A stretch of DNA of 64,000 bases from IMG/VR virus record IMGVR_UViG_3300029915_000005; one strand, written 5' to 3'. The translations under genes were made by a program, and so were the position numbers. The stretch is from a virus. Position 1 is the stretch's first letter. Every line of letters starts with the position of its first letter. Positions 28,929-40,093 of the stretch are shown in pieces. The notes below the pieces were generated by a model that was not told the DNA's origin, made no database searches, and worked only from the letters and a program-made list of their open reading frames with translations.

Positions 28929-29862
28929 TTTGCTCTGGAAGAAATGAAGATCCCATAAATGTTATTTCAGCTTGCCATTCAGGTGGCGCACCAGCTTTTA
29001 ATTCGTCTAAGGTGCTATGTTGAAGTGGTATTGAAAAAGCATATTTTTTTCTTTGTGCTTCCAAATGATCACGAATAGCATTAAAAAATTCAATATCCAT
29101 TCCACGAATAATTTGATTAATTTGCTTTTCATCTTGAGGAGTGGAAGATGTGAGAGAAACAATTGTGTTATTATTGGAATCAATTAGTTCAAGAGTTTTA
29201 ATACTGTCACATACTAAATTTATTGCAGTATTGGATAATTGATTTATACTATCAGTGAATAATTTTTCATCTTTAATATTTTCATTTGAATCAAAATTTT
29301 TTGTTAATGCTTTTTTCTGCTGGCTAATATCTTTAGAAATATTAAATAAATATTTTAGTGAAATTGGATAAATTGTAAGTGATATTTTTTGCCCATCTTC
29401 GCTTTCTATGATAATAGAATCATCCCATTTATCTTTTCGTGATAAAAGTTCACACAAAAAAGTTGTTAATGATATTTTAAGTGTTCTTACTAATTTAGTA
29501 TTTGGTACTGAGACATTTAATTCAAAATCATCTCCATAACTGGCCAATCTTATAGCTAACAAAATAGTATCTACATCAATATTTGGTATATTTTCAGGAT
29601 TCAATATTCCAGGTAGGCATTCTTTGATTAGATCATATGTAGATTTTCCAGAAAGACTAATATCTCCTGCCCTAAATTTTATATCAGCATCAGCAGTCAT
29701 GGCAAATACTGACAAACTTCCATCTTTATCTAAAGATAGACTATTTTCTGGATACCATTGTCCTTTGCTTGGAAGAAATAATGATAATTTCTTTTTTCTA
29801 AAAAAAGAAGTAAGCGGATTTATTTCTGGAGTTTCATTATTTGATGAAGTAATTGTTTTCAT
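28906..29862 (-). CDS. Baseplate hub protein (gp26-like paralog)
   Basis: NPL..FFR....LPSKG.WY, VFAMTA, DVDTILLAIRLASYG. Confidence 0.7.
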   Translation of the reverse strand: MKTITSSNNETPEINPLTSFFRKKKLSLFLPSKGQWYPENSLSLDKDGSLSVFAMTADADIKFRAGDISLSGKSTYDLIKECLPGILNPENIPNIDVDTILLAIRLASYGDDFELNVSVPNTKLVRTLKISLTTFLCELLSRKDKWDDSIIIESEDGQKISLTIYPISLKYLFNISKDISQQKKALTKNFDSNENIKDEKLFTDSINQLSNTAINLVCDSIKTLELIDSNNNTIVSLTSSTPQDEKQINQIIRGMDIEFFNAIRDHLEAQRKKYAFSIPLQHSTLDELKAGAPPEWQAEITFMGSSFLPEQNAKQNII

Positions 29863-29926
29863 TGTAAACCTCTGAAGTATTTATGTGAGCTAAATACATA
29901 AGAATATAATTTTTTAATGGTGATAA

Positions 29927-32056
29927 ATGGCAACAGTAAGAATAGTTTCTAAGGGCAATACGCTGGATGGGTCAGAACTCGACAATATTGCGTCTGAGGA
30001 GACACTGTTAGCATTGCTTGAGCAATTGAAAATTATTAATGGCGGAGCTTCAGAAATTAAAAAAGAATCAACAAAAACAAAAACAAATACTGATAAGCAT
30101 TTTGACTTACTGGGGAAAGTAATTGGTAAAAATAAAGCAGATACAGTTCAACACATATTTAATGCAATTAAAGGAGTTGGGGCTGGCGAGGCTGGTAGTG
30201 CGGGTGGCTTGATAGCTAAAATTGCTCCAGAATTGGCTGTTATGACTGCTTTTATTGCTGTATTGGACGTAGCAAAAAATACATTTTTTGGATTAGTTAA
30301 TACTTCAGCATTATTGGTTAAATCATTTGTTGATGGCCAGTCATCGTTGTCTGATTATACCAAAGCTTTAGCAGCAGGAACACAGCATATTTTGATTATT
30401 GGCACATTGGTTGGTCTTTTTTCTAAAGGAATAGAAATTATTGATTCTTGGAATAATAAGTTATATGAACTTAACACTGTTGGTGCTGGATTTAATAATA
30501 GTCTTATTGAAATGAGACAGCGTGCGGCTGATGCTGGCTTATCGTTAGAAGATTACTCCAAAATAATTATCGCAAACAAAGATAATTTTGCTACTTTTGG
30601 TTCCATAATGAATGGAGTTAATACTTATAATAAAATAGCCACTATTTCTATGAGAGATTATACAGATCAATTAGCTAATATGGGTATTTCTTTATCGCAG
30701 TATCAAGAAGAGTTACCAGGGGTATTATCTCTTTTCGGGGCATCTATGAAAGCTCATGGGGCAAGTGATAAACAATTAGCTTCTAGCGCCATTGAATTGA
30801 CCAGTCAATTTGATGCAATGGCAAAATTAACAGGAAAAACTCGTGAACAGCAAGTGGCTGATATGCAAAAATTAACTGCTGACGCTGCTTGGAAATTAAA
30901 ATTATCTGAAATGAGCGATTCAGAAAGAACACAAGAACTTGCAGCATTAAATGAAGTAAATTCAACAATGGGAGCAACTGCTGCTGAATTATACAAAATG
31001 AAAGTTCTTGGTATTGTTCCATTAGGGAAAGAAATGCAAATATTAATGGCAACTGTTCCTGGATTAGATAGACAATTTACAGAAATGTCTCAATTAGCAG
31101 CACAAGGAAAACTTCTTCCTGGAGAAATGGATAGAAGAATTGCTGAAATGGTTGGTTCAGGCTTACGCGCTGGTAAAGGATTGGAACAAATTCTTAAAGC
31201 AGCCACATCAGGTATCGGAGGAACACCAGAAACTATTGCAAAGATTCAAAGTGAATTAATGGCTAATAGCCAATCATTTCTTGATAAAAATGGTGTTTTT
31301 AATGAAGAATTATTTAGACAAAATCTTGCAACTGTAAGAGCACAAGCTGATAAAGAAGATGGAATTCGCAAATCATTGGCTGAGTGGAATTCATCAGTTA
31401 AACTATTGCAAGATTTTTTCTTTCAAAAAATATTACAACCAATAATGTATAAACTTGCCCCAATTATATCGAATATAGTTAAAAAATTTGAAGCCAAGCA
31501 AGGATCTTTACAAGGATTGATAGATGGAGTAGTTAATATTGTTGTTGGATTTGTTGGTATTGTTGGAAGTATTGTATCATTCGTAATGAATAATTGGGGG
31601 TTGATTAAAATTATTTTTGATGTATTGTTGGTTTTGGGTGTAGCATTCTTAGGAGCGGTTATTGGCATAACACTGGCTGCTGTAGGATTGAGTATAGCTC
31701 TTGCGCCTGCTGCACTAATAACTGGTGCTCTTCTTGGCGGGTTAGTTGCATTAGTTGCATTGTTGGCGTCTATCGGGCTTATTAGTATGCCAACATTACC
31801 ATCAGTTGCAGGGATTACTAGCGCAAAAATTCCATCAATGCCAAAGCTATCTTCAATGGAAAATGCTACTTCAGAAAATACATCAGTTTTTCAACCACCA
31901 ACTAATGTTCAATCAATAACAAGTGAAAACTCTTCATCAACTATAGGATCAAAATTGGATGATCATTATGCCATTTTACAACAAATAAGAGATTCAATAC
32001 AACAAACAGCAAATAATACTCATAAATTACATCAAATAACTGTGGCTGGCCAATAA
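29927..32056 (+). CDS. Tape-measure-like protein
   Basis: ASEETLLALL, LAKLTG-like MAKLTGKTRE, long Ala/Gln helices, hydrophobic C-terminal segment; next to hub genes. Confidence 0.6.
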   Translation: MATVRIVSKGNTLDGSELDNIASEETLLALLEQLKIINGGASEIKKESTKTKTNTDKHFDLLGKVIGKNKADTVQHIFNAIKGVGAGEAGSAGGLIAKIAPELAVMTAFIAVLDVAKNTFFGLVNTSALLVKSFVDGQSSLSDYTKALAAGTQHILIIGTLVGLFSKGIEIIDSWNNKLYELNTVGAGFNNSLIEMRQRAADAGLSLEDYSKIIIANKDNFATFGSIMNGVNTYNKIATISMRDYTDQLANMGISLSQYQEELPGVLSLFGASMKAHGASDKQLASSAIELTSQFDAMAKLTGKTREQQVADMQKLTADAAWKLKLSEMSDSERTQELAALNEVNSTMGATAAELYKMKVLGIVPLGKEMQILMATVPGLDRQFTEMSQLAAQGKLLPGEMDRRIAEMVGSGLRAGKGLEQILKAATSGIGGTPETIAKIQSELMANSQSFLDKNGVFNEELFRQNLATVRAQADKEDGIRKSLAEWNSSVKLLQDFFFQKILQPIMYKLAPIISNIVKKFEAKQGSLQGLIDGVVNIVVGFVGIVGSIVSFVMNNWGLIKIIFDVLLVLGVAFLGAVIGITLAAVGLSIALAPAALITGALLGGLVALVALLASIGLISMPTLPSVAGITSAKIPSMPKLSSMENATSENTSVFQPPTNVQSITSENSSSTIGSKLDDHYAILQQIRDSIQQTANNTHKLHQITVAGQ

Positions 32057-32763
32057 TGAAGATATGTGAACTTAGATTTAGTTTCAATTCAACCACCAAA
32101 AAATATATGTTTGGTGATTTGAAAAAACAATGGGATTTTATGGAAATTGCTCCCATAACTATCGGAAAAATTGGTGGATATAATTTGTTTTTAAAAAGAG
32201 AAAAAAATAACGAATTAATTCAAGTATTAGATACTATAAATGATAAGGACGCTGGATATATATCATTCATAATTAAAGGAAAAGCACATTCTATAAGCGA
32301 AACTGCATTTGATAATCTATATTTGGGGCTAGGGTTGGCTACTACAGTTTATGCATTTCTTATTCTAAAAAAGAATTATATTCTATGGAGCGAAGATGCT
32401 CAGACAAAAGGTGGAAAATCTATTTGGGATAAGTTAGCAAAAGTTAATGGAATTACTGTGTTTGCTTGGGATAAGAAAAATAAAGAAGCAATAAGCCTTG
32501 ATAAAAATGATTTAAATAGTGATGTTGAGATATATGACATTGATGTTGAATGGGATAAAAGTAAATATGCTAAATTATGGAAAGAATTCAATACATATTT
32601 TTATACAATTGCAAAATTGAAGAAAATGAAAAAATTATCTCCAAATATTCTTGAGCTTCAAAAGAAAATGATGGCAGTTTATCGAAAAATGCAAAATATT
32701 AGAAAAGAAGAATTAAATATAGAAAATAATATGACATTAGTTGCTCAAAAGAGGATAAGATAA
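32056..32763 (+). CDS. GNAT-like acetyltransferase
   Basis: YLGLGLATTVY..LWSEDAQTKGGKSIWDKL; N-terminus MKICEL. Confidence 0.55.
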   Translation: MKICELRFSFNSTTKKYMFGDLKKQWDFMEIAPITIGKIGGYNLFLKREKNNELIQVLDTINDKDAGYISFIIKGKAHSISETAFDNLYLGLGLATTVYAFLILKKNYILWSEDAQTKGGKSIWDKLAKVNGITVFAWDKKNKEAISLDKNDLNSDVEIYDIDVEWDKSKYAKLWKEFNTYFYTIAKLKKMKKLSPNILELQKKMMAVYRKMQNIRKEELNIENNMTLVAQKRIR

Positions 32764-32771
32764 ATATTGGA

Positions 32772-33935
32772 ATGAAAGAAGTTATTGAAGCATACAATTA
32801 TGCAAAAGAAAATAAGATTTCTTTAAGAAAAACTTCAATTGAATTAAGAAAAAATCCAATTGTGTTAGACTGGATAGATACACATTGCGATCCAAAACTT
32901 AATAAGAGACAACATGCCAAAAAATTGTATTCAGCAGTTCATAATGGATTTTCATTTATTTGCATACATGGATTTGAATTTGGAATATCTGAATATATTG
33001 AGTTGAAATTTCCAAATAATATGAAAAATGGATGTTGTTCATGTTATGAAGCATATATAAAATCAGATTATATGATTAAAAAAGTAGTTAATTCAAATAA
33101 GTTACAGAAGCAAACAAAGATAAAAAAATATGGCGAATCATATGCTAAAGTTATTTCTAAAAAATGCATTAAAACTAATTTAAAGAAATATGGGGTTGAG
33201 TGGTCATCTCAAAATGAAGATATTCATATGAAGTCGAAGCAAACTTGCAGAGAAAGATATGGAGCAGAGTTTCCATTGCAGTGCAATGATATTAAAGATA
33301 AAATGAAAATCGATTCTTTACAAATATATGGAGTTGAATATCCAATGCAAAGCAATGTTGTTAAACAACATGTAATTGAAAATAATATTAAAGAACATGG
33401 GTGCCATCCTACACAATTGCATATCGATGAAAAAGTAAGAGAAATTCTACAAAATAAAAATAAATTTTCAACATTATTGCAAGTTAATTCAGTTCATTCT
33501 TTGGCTAAACAGTTCAAAGTTAGTGATTATTTAATTTTAAAAACACATAATAATTTTAAGCTTGATATTATCAAATCCAATTTAAGTTTATATGAAAATG
33601 AAATAGCGAATTGGTTACAAAGTATAAATTTAATATTTAAACGAAAAGATAGAAAACATATTGGCAGAAAAGAATTAGATTTTTATTTTCCAGATTATCA
33701 ATTTGCCATTGAATTCCAAGGAACTTTTTGGCATGGGCATGAAAGTTTATTTAAAGAAACAGATATTCACCCTATTTCTGGGAAATTAATTAAAGATATA
33801 AGAGAAGCAGATAACTTAAAAGCAAAATTATGTGAAGAAAAAGAGATCGATTTATTTTGTATATGGGAACATGAGTGGAAACTAAATAAAGAAGAGATCA
33901 AGAAGCAAATTCTTGTCAAATTAGGATTGGTGTAA
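32772..33935 (+). CDS. Putative homing endonuclease (KTNLKKYGVE repeats plus ELDFY..EFQG nuclease)
   Basis: Repeats; YENEI..KELDFYFP..AIEFQGTFWH..IWEHEW. Confidence 0.75.
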   Translation: MKEVIEAYNYAKENKISLRKTSIELRKNPIVLDWIDTHCDPKLNKRQHAKKLYSAVHNGFSFICIHGFEFGISEYIELKFPNNMKNGCCSCYEAYIKSDYMIKKVVNSNKLQKQTKIKKYGESYAKVISKKCIKTNLKKYGVEWSSQNEDIHMKSKQTCRERYGAEFPLQCNDIKDKMKIDSLQIYGVEYPMQSNVVKQHVIENNIKEHGCHPTQLHIDEKVREILQNKNKFSTLLQVNSVHSLAKQFKVSDYLILKTHNNFKLDIIKSNLSLYENEIANWLQSINLIFKRKDRKHIGRKELDFYFPDYQFAIEFQGTFWHGHESLFKETDIHPISGKLIKDIREADNLKAKLCEEKEIDLFCIWEHEWKLNKEEIKKQILVKLGLV

Positions 33936-33937
33936 TT

Positions 33938-36900
33938 ATGGCCTGGAAAAAATATTTCAAAAAAGCAACGCCAAATCAAGATGGGGTTTTTAGTCCTCTT
34001 TCTCGACGCGGTGGCAGAAGCACTGGAGAAGACGCAGTTGGTGTAAATAGTTATCCAAATCTTATTCAAGAGTCATATCTTGGATGCCCAAATCGTATAG
34101 AAAGATATCAGAATTTTGAAAGTATGGATCAGGATTCAGAAGTGAACTCTGCCCTTGATATTTTAGCTGAATTTAGCACTCAAAGCAATGAGCAAGATAA
34201 TATGTGTTTTAACGTAAAATTTAAAGAACCTCCGACAGAAACTGAATCTAAAATTATCAAAAAGCAATTGCAGTCATGGTATTATTTGAATGAATTCAAT
34301 AAAAGAGCATTTAGATTGTTTAGAAATGTTATTAAATATGGTGACCAAATCTTCCTTCGTGACCCAGAAACATTTAAATTATTTTATGTAGAAATGGATA
34401 ATGTTATTAAAGTAATTGTAAATGAAAGCAAAGGTAAGAAGCCAGAACAATATATTATTCGTAATATGGCTCCAAATTTTGAAAATTTAACAGCAACACA
34501 AGTTACAGCAAATAATCTTTATAATGTTGTTCCCAGTGGGCCAGGATTTAATGCTGCTGGTTCTGGATATAATGCTCCCAATAGTCCTTACAGTTCTAGT
34601 AGTAGATTTACAAAAGGATTAAATGAACATGCTATTAATGCAGAACATATTCTTCATCTTTCATTGACTGAAGGACTTGATCCCAATTGGCCATTTGGTA
34701 ATAGTATTTTGGAGTTAATTTTTAAAGTTTATAAACAGAAGGAGTTACTGGAAGATAGTATTATCATTTATCGTGTTCAGAGAGCGCCAGAACGTAGAGT
34801 GTTCAAAATTGATGTTGGAGATATGCCTCAGCATTTGGCAATGGCATTCATTGAAAAAGTAAAAAATGAAATGCACCAACGTAGAATTCCAGGAAGATCA
34901 GATGGTGGAAATTTTCAAGATTCTACATATTTTAGTATGGCTCCAAATGCTGATTTTTTCTTTCCCATCACTTCCAGCGGTCGAGGATCTTCAGTTGAGC
35001 AATTGGCAGGTGGCTGCTTAAAAATGGATACTAAAGTTCCATTATTAGATGGTAGAACGCTTTCATTAATTGAATTAACTGAAGAATTCCAAGAAGGTAA
35101 AGAGAATTGGGTGTATAGTTGTAATCCAGAAACAGGAGAAGTAGTACCAGGAATTATTTCTTGGGCAGGAGTAACTCATGAGTCTGCCCAAGTAATGAAA
35201 ATAACTCTTGATAATGAGGAAGAAATTATTTGTACTCTTGATCATAAATTTCCCATCCTAGAAAAAGGATTCGTTGAAGCAAAAGATTTGAGTATTGGAG
35301 AAAGATTTATTCCTTTTAATATTCAAAATAGAGAAATATTAAAAACTAGAAAAAAACAATATACACAAGTATATCAAAATAATACTAAAAAATGGGAATT
35401 TGTTCATAGAATGATAGCTCATTGTTTAGCATTAGAAAATTTTGTTTTTGATGAGCAATATAAAAATAGTAAAAAAGATGTAATTCACCATAAAAATTTT
35501 AACAGATTTGATAATTCTCCTTCTAATTTGGTTAGAATGGCATTTAAAGATCATACTGATTTTCATTCTTATTATGGATTTAGTAAGGATAGTCAAGTTC
35601 TTGGTACTATTGCTGCAAAAGAAAAAATGGAATTTATTAAAATTAACTATCCAGAAAAATATAAAAAGTTAATGAAAGAAAAAGGAAAGCGTCATAAAGA
35701 ATTTTGGGCTTCTTTAAATATAGAAGAAAGGCAGCAATATATTGATATTAAAAAAATCGGATTGCAGAATTATTTTAAAAATTTAACAGATAAAGAAAGA
35801 AATATTCGTATTGAAGAAATGATGCCAACTATTAATAGTTTAATTAAAGCATCTAAAGATAAGTTAGAAAAAATGAATACAGATGAAGATTATTATAACT
35901 GGGTTTGCGAGCATCAGCAAAAAGGTTGGGATAAATTTAAGAAAACACCAGAAGCAAAAATTCGTGGAAAGAAAATTGGAAATGATAATCGTTTAAGATT
36001 TTCTCGCCCTGGTTATACAGAGAATGTTTTTAAAAACCAAAGAGTAAAAGTTGATAAACAAACATTGGATTATGTTCAAAGTTTGGTTTTACAAAAAAAT
36101 AAAATTAAAATAGTTGAAGCAATTAAATTATTTAATGACACAGATGAATATTTGAATTATTATTTAAATTTAAATAAAGAAACTTGCTGCGCAAATTGGA
36201 ATAATGATAGATTGACTGGAAGCCAATTAAGAAATGCATTGAAAATTCGTGGATATAAAAATTGGAAGCAATTCAGAGATGAAGTTAGATTATATAACCA
36301 TGCCATAGTATCAATTGAATATTTGTCTGAGCCAATACAAGTTGGAACTTTAACTATTGATAAAGATGAAAAATATCATAATTATCATACTTTTGCTTTG
36401 GCTAGTGGAATTTTTACAAAAAATTCTAATTTGAATGAAATTGATGATTTAAAATACTTTAATAATAAGATGATGCGTGGATTAAGAATTCCGAGTAGTT
36501 ATCTTCCAACTGGTCAAGATGATAGCCCTTCAACAATAAATGATGGAAGAGTTGGCACAGCATTAATTCAAGAATACAGATTTAATCAATATTGTGAAAG
36601 ACTCCAAAAATTGGTTTGTGATCCTTTAGATTTGGAATTTAAAGCATATTTAAAATGGAGCGGAATTAATATTGATTCAAGTATGTTTCAATTGACTTTT
36701 AATCCACCACAAAATTTTGCTCACTATAGACAAGCAGAATTAGATAGTTCTAAAATTAGCACATTTACTCAATTAGAAGGATATCAATATTTTAGTAAGA
36801 GATTTTTGATGGAACGATATCTTGGTATGACTTCTGAAGAAATCAATGAAAATCAAAAATTATGGAGAGAAGAAAATGTATCTCCTGATCAAATTGAATC

Positions 36901-37099
36901 AGAGCCTTCTGACTTGAGAAATCTTGGTATAACTGCTGGTGGTATTGATTCAGACTTACAAAACTTTGGTGGTGAAGAAGGTATGGGAGAAGAAATGCCA
37001 GAAGGCGGAGAAGAAGCTGCTCCTGGGGAAGGCACACCAGAAGGAGCTAATACTCCAGTTGCTGCTCAAGGCCCTGCACCAACTAGCTCAGGCGCTTAA
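33938..37099 (+). CDS. gp20: Portal protein gp20 containing an intein
   Basis: MDQDSEVNSALDI, LLEDSIIIYRVQRAPERRVFKIDVG, DDLKYF..L.IPSSYL. Confidence 0.95.
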   Translation: MAWKKYFKKATPNQDGVFSPLSRRGGRSTGEDAVGVNSYPNLIQESYLGCPNRIERYQNFESMDQDSEVNSALDILAEFSTQSNEQDNMCFNVKFKEPPTETESKIIKKQLQSWYYLNEFNKRAFRLFRNVIKYGDQIFLRDPETFKLFYVEMDNVIKVIVNESKGKKPEQYIIRNMAPNFENLTATQVTANNLYNVVPSGPGFNAAGSGYNAPNSPYSSSSRFTKGLNEHAINAEHILHLSLTEGLDPNWPFGNSILELIFKVYKQKELLEDSIIIYRVQRAPERRVFKIDVGDMPQHLAMAFIEKVKNEMHQRRIPGRSDGGNFQDSTYFSMAPNADFFFPITSSGRGSSVEQLAGGCLKMDTKVPLLDGRTLSLIELTEEFQEGKENWVYSCNPETGEVVPGIISWAGVTHESAQVMKITLDNEEEIICTLDHKFPILEKGFVEAKDLSIGERFIPFNIQNREILKTRKKQYTQVYQNNTKKWEFVHRMIAHCLALENFVFDEQYKNSKKDVIHHKNFNRFDNSPSNLVRMAFKDHTDFHSYYGFSKDSQVLGTIAAKEKMEFIKINYPEKYKKLMKEKGKRHKEFWASLNIEERQQYIDIKKIGLQNYFKNLTDKERNIRIEEMMPTINSLIKASKDKLEKMNTDEDYYNWVCEHQQKGWDKFKKTPEAKIRGKKIGNDNRLRFSRPGYTENVFKNQRVKVDKQTLDYVQSLVLQKNKIKIVEAIKLFNDTDEYLNYYLNLNKETCCANWNNDRLTGSQLRNALKIRGYKNWKQFRDEVRLYNHAIVSIEYLSEPIQVGTLTIDKDEKYHNYHTFALASGIFTKNSNLNEIDDLKYFNNKMMRGLRIPSSYLPTGQDDSPSTINDGRVGTALIQEYRFNQYCERLQKLVCDPLDLEFKAYLKWSGINIDSSMFQLTFNPPQNFAHYRQAELDSSKISTFTQLEGYQYFSKRFLMERYLGMTSEEINENQKLWREENVSPDQIESEPSDLRNLGITAGGIDSDLQNFGGEEGMGEEMPEGGEEAAPGEGTPEGANTPVAAQGPAPTSSGA
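35015..36424 (+). mobile_element. Intein (470 aa) with HNH endonuclease
   Basis: GG|CLKMDTKV, block B CTLDHKF, VHRMIA..IHHKNFNRFDNSPSNL, HTFALASGIFTKN|S. Confidence 0.9.
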
Positions 37100-37138
37100 T
37101 TATTTGGGATATTGAATAAATACTTTATGAGGTGAAAT

Positions 37139-37690
37139 ATGAATTTAACTGAAGAAATGACAAAATATAAAAATGTTATTAATGAGGATATCTTTGATTC
37201 TGTTAATGATTTTTTTAGTCCGATAACTAATATTATTCAACCACAAACAGTTACGATGATTTACAAAAAAGATGGCAAGTATTATGAAAAATCTTTGCAT
37301 ATCAAAACTGGTATTCGCTTAGAAAGACTTAAAAATTGGTGCGACGATTATCTTGAAGGGTTTGGAGCAACTCCAGTTAGATTGACTGCTGAAAATGGAG
37401 CTTTTTTGGCCGGCAATAATAAGCTTCCTCCTCCAGAATTAATCAATATTGAAGAAAGTTTCGAAAGTGTGCGAGATGAAAAAGATGAACATTTTTATGG
37501 AAAAGAAAATGATGATAAAAATTTAAATAATGCTTTAAATGCCCCAATTAAGAAAAATAAATCTTATAAAGAAGGATATGAGGCTGCATTGGGTGAATTT
37601 TGGAATGAATATAGAAATATAATTGACAATTTAATCAAAAGGGATGAAGTAAAATCAATTTTATATAAATTGCTAGATAAAAACAAGTAA
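37139..37690 (+). CDS. Tagged hypothetical protein (putative internal head protein)
   Basis: MNLTEEMTKYKNVINE; module shared with 38276. Confidence 0.6.
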   Translation: MNLTEEMTKYKNVINEDIFDSVNDFFSPITNIIQPQTVTMIYKKDGKYYEKSLHIKTGIRLERLKNWCDDYLEGFGATPVRLTAENGAFLAGNNKLPPPELINIEESFESVRDEKDEHFYGKENDDKNLNNALNAPIKKNKSYKEGYEAALGEFWNEYRNIIDNLIKRDEVKSILYKLLDKNK

Positions 37691-37704
37691 TTATGAGATA
37701 AAAT

Positions 37705-37932
37705 ATGCAACTAAAAGAAATGTTTTCTGAATACGACACTGGTTATACATCTCCAGAAGATGATAATAGTATTCCCAGACTAAGTGATCTTAGAAAAACT
37801 AAGCTAACTCTTGGTCAAATTAATCGTCTTAGAAAGATCGAAGATGTTAGAAGATTTGAGCAACAAGAAAATTTAGAAAATATTCAAAGACAATATGGCA
37901 AACCAGCAGAAAGTGCTGGTGGAATGATGTAA
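37705..37932 (+). CDS. Small head-module protein
   Basis: MQLKEMF; RKTKLTL.QINRLRK..QYG. Confidence 0.65.
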   Translation: MQLKEMFSEYDTGYTSPEDDNSIPRLSDLRKTKLTLGQINRLRKIEDVRRFEQQENLENIQRQYGKPAESAGGMM

Positions 37933-38279
37933 TGAAGATATTTGAAATTGCTGCTAGATCAATTAATGATCCACTTGGCTATAAAACGCATCAATTAACT
38001 CTCCCTGATGATATTCATGGTCAAACTTTTCATTTAGAGTTTGTGGGATCCAGTAAAAAATTTCCAAATACAGTTAGAGCCAAATATGATAATGAAGAAT
38101 TATATAATAAAGAATATATTGTTACAGTTTATGATCGTTTGACTAATGAAGTTGAAGTAATTCATTTGGGTCAAAATCATTTGAAAGTTACTTATGATTT
38201 CGCCAATCCTGAAGAAGCACAAGAGTATTTGGATGAATTTCATATTAAATTACTAATTGGAAAGGGGTATATAAAATGA
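37932..38279 (+). CDS. Tagged hypothetical protein
   Basis: MKIFEI; overlapping operon spacing. Confidence 0.6.
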   Translation: MKIFEIAARSINDPLGYKTHQLTLPDDIHGQTFHLEFVGSSKKFPNTVRAKYDNEELYNKEYIVTVYDRLTNEVEVIHLGQNHLKVTYDFANPEEAQEYLDEFHIKLLIGKGYIK

Positions 38280-39010
38280 ACCTTATTGAAGAGATTTTTA
38301 AATATCGAGCAGTTATTATTAACGAAGAAAAAGAATTTTATCTTGATGCGTTGAAAAGATTATTGAAAACTTCTGCTAAGAAAGGAGATACTGCTGCATA
38401 TTTTTATTATGACCAATTATCAAATAAACCAAATGTAGTTGCATTCACAGAATTTGATAACTTTATTCATAGTTGGGCAGGAGGACTATGGAGAAGAAGA
38501 TATAAGAATGAAATCCAAAATTTAGCAGATAAATTAAATAGTGAAGATGCGAGCAGAGGTCTATCAAAAAAATGGATAGTTGAAAGTTTTGATAGTGTGA
38601 GAAATGAAAAAGATGAGCATTTTTATGCTCAAGAAAACGACGATAAGAACTTAAAAAATGCTATTAACGATAATAACGATGAATTAAAAGAAATTGTCGA
38701 TAAACATGCAAAGAATGGAATTAAAATTTCACTTTCAGTGCGACCAGATAGAATAATAGTTAACGTGATTAATGTAAAACCAGAAAATCGTAATAAAGGA
38801 TTTGGCACAGCTCTTATGAAAGATTTATGCTCTTATGCTGACAAAGTTCAAAAAACGATGTTTTTAACACCCAGTAAAGATTTTGGAGCAACGTCTGTCA
38901 ATAGATTAAAAAAATTTTATAGTGAATTTGGATTTAAAAGTAATAAAGGAAAAACTATAGATTTTTCTGCAAAAGAGACAATGATTAGAAAACCAACGAA
39001 ACATAAGTAA
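38276..39010 (+). CDS. Modular protein with C-terminal GNAT domain
   Basis: VKPENRNKGFGTALM...RLKKFYSEFGF; MNLIEEIFKY. Confidence 0.7.
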   Translation: MNLIEEIFKYRAVIINEEKEFYLDALKRLLKTSAKKGDTAAYFYYDQLSNKPNVVAFTEFDNFIHSWAGGLWRRRYKNEIQNLADKLNSEDASRGLSKKWIVESFDSVRNEKDEHFYAQENDDKNLKNAINDNNDELKEIVDKHAKNGIKISLSVRPDRIIVNVINVKPENRNKGFGTALMKDLCSYADKVQKTMFLTPSKDFGATSVNRLKKFYSEFGFKSNKGKTIDFSAKETMIRKPTKHK

Positions 39011-39110
39011 TTCGTGCTTAATTAAAAGAAATGCATAAATCATAATAAATAACTTTAAGAGTTGATTTATGCGTAATCAAACAATTTTAAAGTAACACAG
39101 GAGAATTAAG

Positions 39111-40022
39111 ATGGCATCCAACAAATTTGAGAAGTTAATTGAATACGTGGTAGCTAATGATGAAAAGAAAGCTCGTCAGCTTTTCCACAAAATCGTAGTT
39201 GAAAAGAGTCGCAAAATTTACGAGGATTTAGATATTGAAGATAATTCTCGGGCTTTTGACGAGGTTGAATCAGATGAAACTTCATTAGATGACGCTGCTG
39301 GTCCAGTTGATGAATTTGGCGGGGACGAAGTAGACGATCTAGAGCATGATACATTTTCAGAAGAAGGCGATGAAGATTTTGGTGAAGGATTGCCAACTGA
39401 TGACGAATTTGGAGCAGAAGGCGAATTGACACCAGAAGTGGATGATCGTCTTGCTGATTTGGAATCAAGTTTCGATGAATTGAAAGCTGAATTTGAAGCA
39501 TTGCTTGGCGATGAAGAAAAAACAGATGAAGATATTATCGATAAAAACGAAGACGAAGAAGAAGATATCGAAATTGAAGATGAAAATCTTGAAGACGATG
39601 AAGAAGCTGAAGAAGATTTAGAATCTGACGATTTAGAATCTGAAGATTTAGATAGTGACGAAAAAGAAGAAGACGAAGACGAAGAAGAAGAGAAAGTTGA
39701 AGAAGATGAGCCAGTTGACGAAAGCGTAATTCGTGAGTATGTTGACAAAGTAACTAAAGGTCTTGCCAATACTACAGAAGAGCCATCAACTAATAAGAAA
39801 TCAGTAGTTGCTGGAAAGAATCCTCTTGGTGCAGGCTCTGCTAGTCCAAAGAACATTGTTGCTGGCGGAACTGAAAAAGGACGCACTGCTCCAACATCTG
39901 GTAAGTTTACCACAGAACCAATTGTAAACGTTCCTGGTGGAAAAGCTAAGTTAAAACCAGTTGCAAAACCAGTTACAACTAAAGAAGCAGAAGGAACAAA
40001 CAAAAAGAGTAATTTGTCATAA
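39111..40022 (+). CDS. Acidic prohead core protein
   Basis: Highly D/E-rich; between portal and protease. Confidence 0.65.
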   Translation: MASNKFEKLIEYVVANDEKKARQLFHKIVVEKSRKIYEDLDIEDNSRAFDEVESDETSLDDAAGPVDEFGGDEVDDLEHDTFSEEGDEDFGEGLPTDDEFGAEGELTPEVDDRLADLESSFDELKAEFEALLGDEEKTDEDIIDKNEDEEEDIEIEDENLEDDEEAEEDLESDDLESEDLDSDEKEEDEDEEEEKVEEDEPVDESVIREYVDKVTKGLANTTEEPSTNKKSVVAGKNPLGAGSASPKNIVAGGTEKGRTAPTSGKFTTEPIVNVPGGKAKLKPVAKPVTTKEAEGTNKKSNLS

Positions 40023-40035
40023 TTGTTAAGCAATG

Positions 40036-40076
40036 AAATTGTGGCGAGGTGATTTTACATCGCCTCGCCACAATTT
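40036..40076 (+). terminator. Strong GC-rich hairpin (terminator/attenuator before protease)
   Basis: AAATTGTGGCGAGGTGAT-tttac-ATCGCCTCGCCACAATTT followed by TT. Confidence 0.7.
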
Positions 40077-40093
40077 TTAAGAGGGGAAATAAA

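Noticed and set aside
39218-40033. 271-aa Ser-rich minus-strand ORF
   Set aside because: Antisense shadow of the D/E-rich core gene
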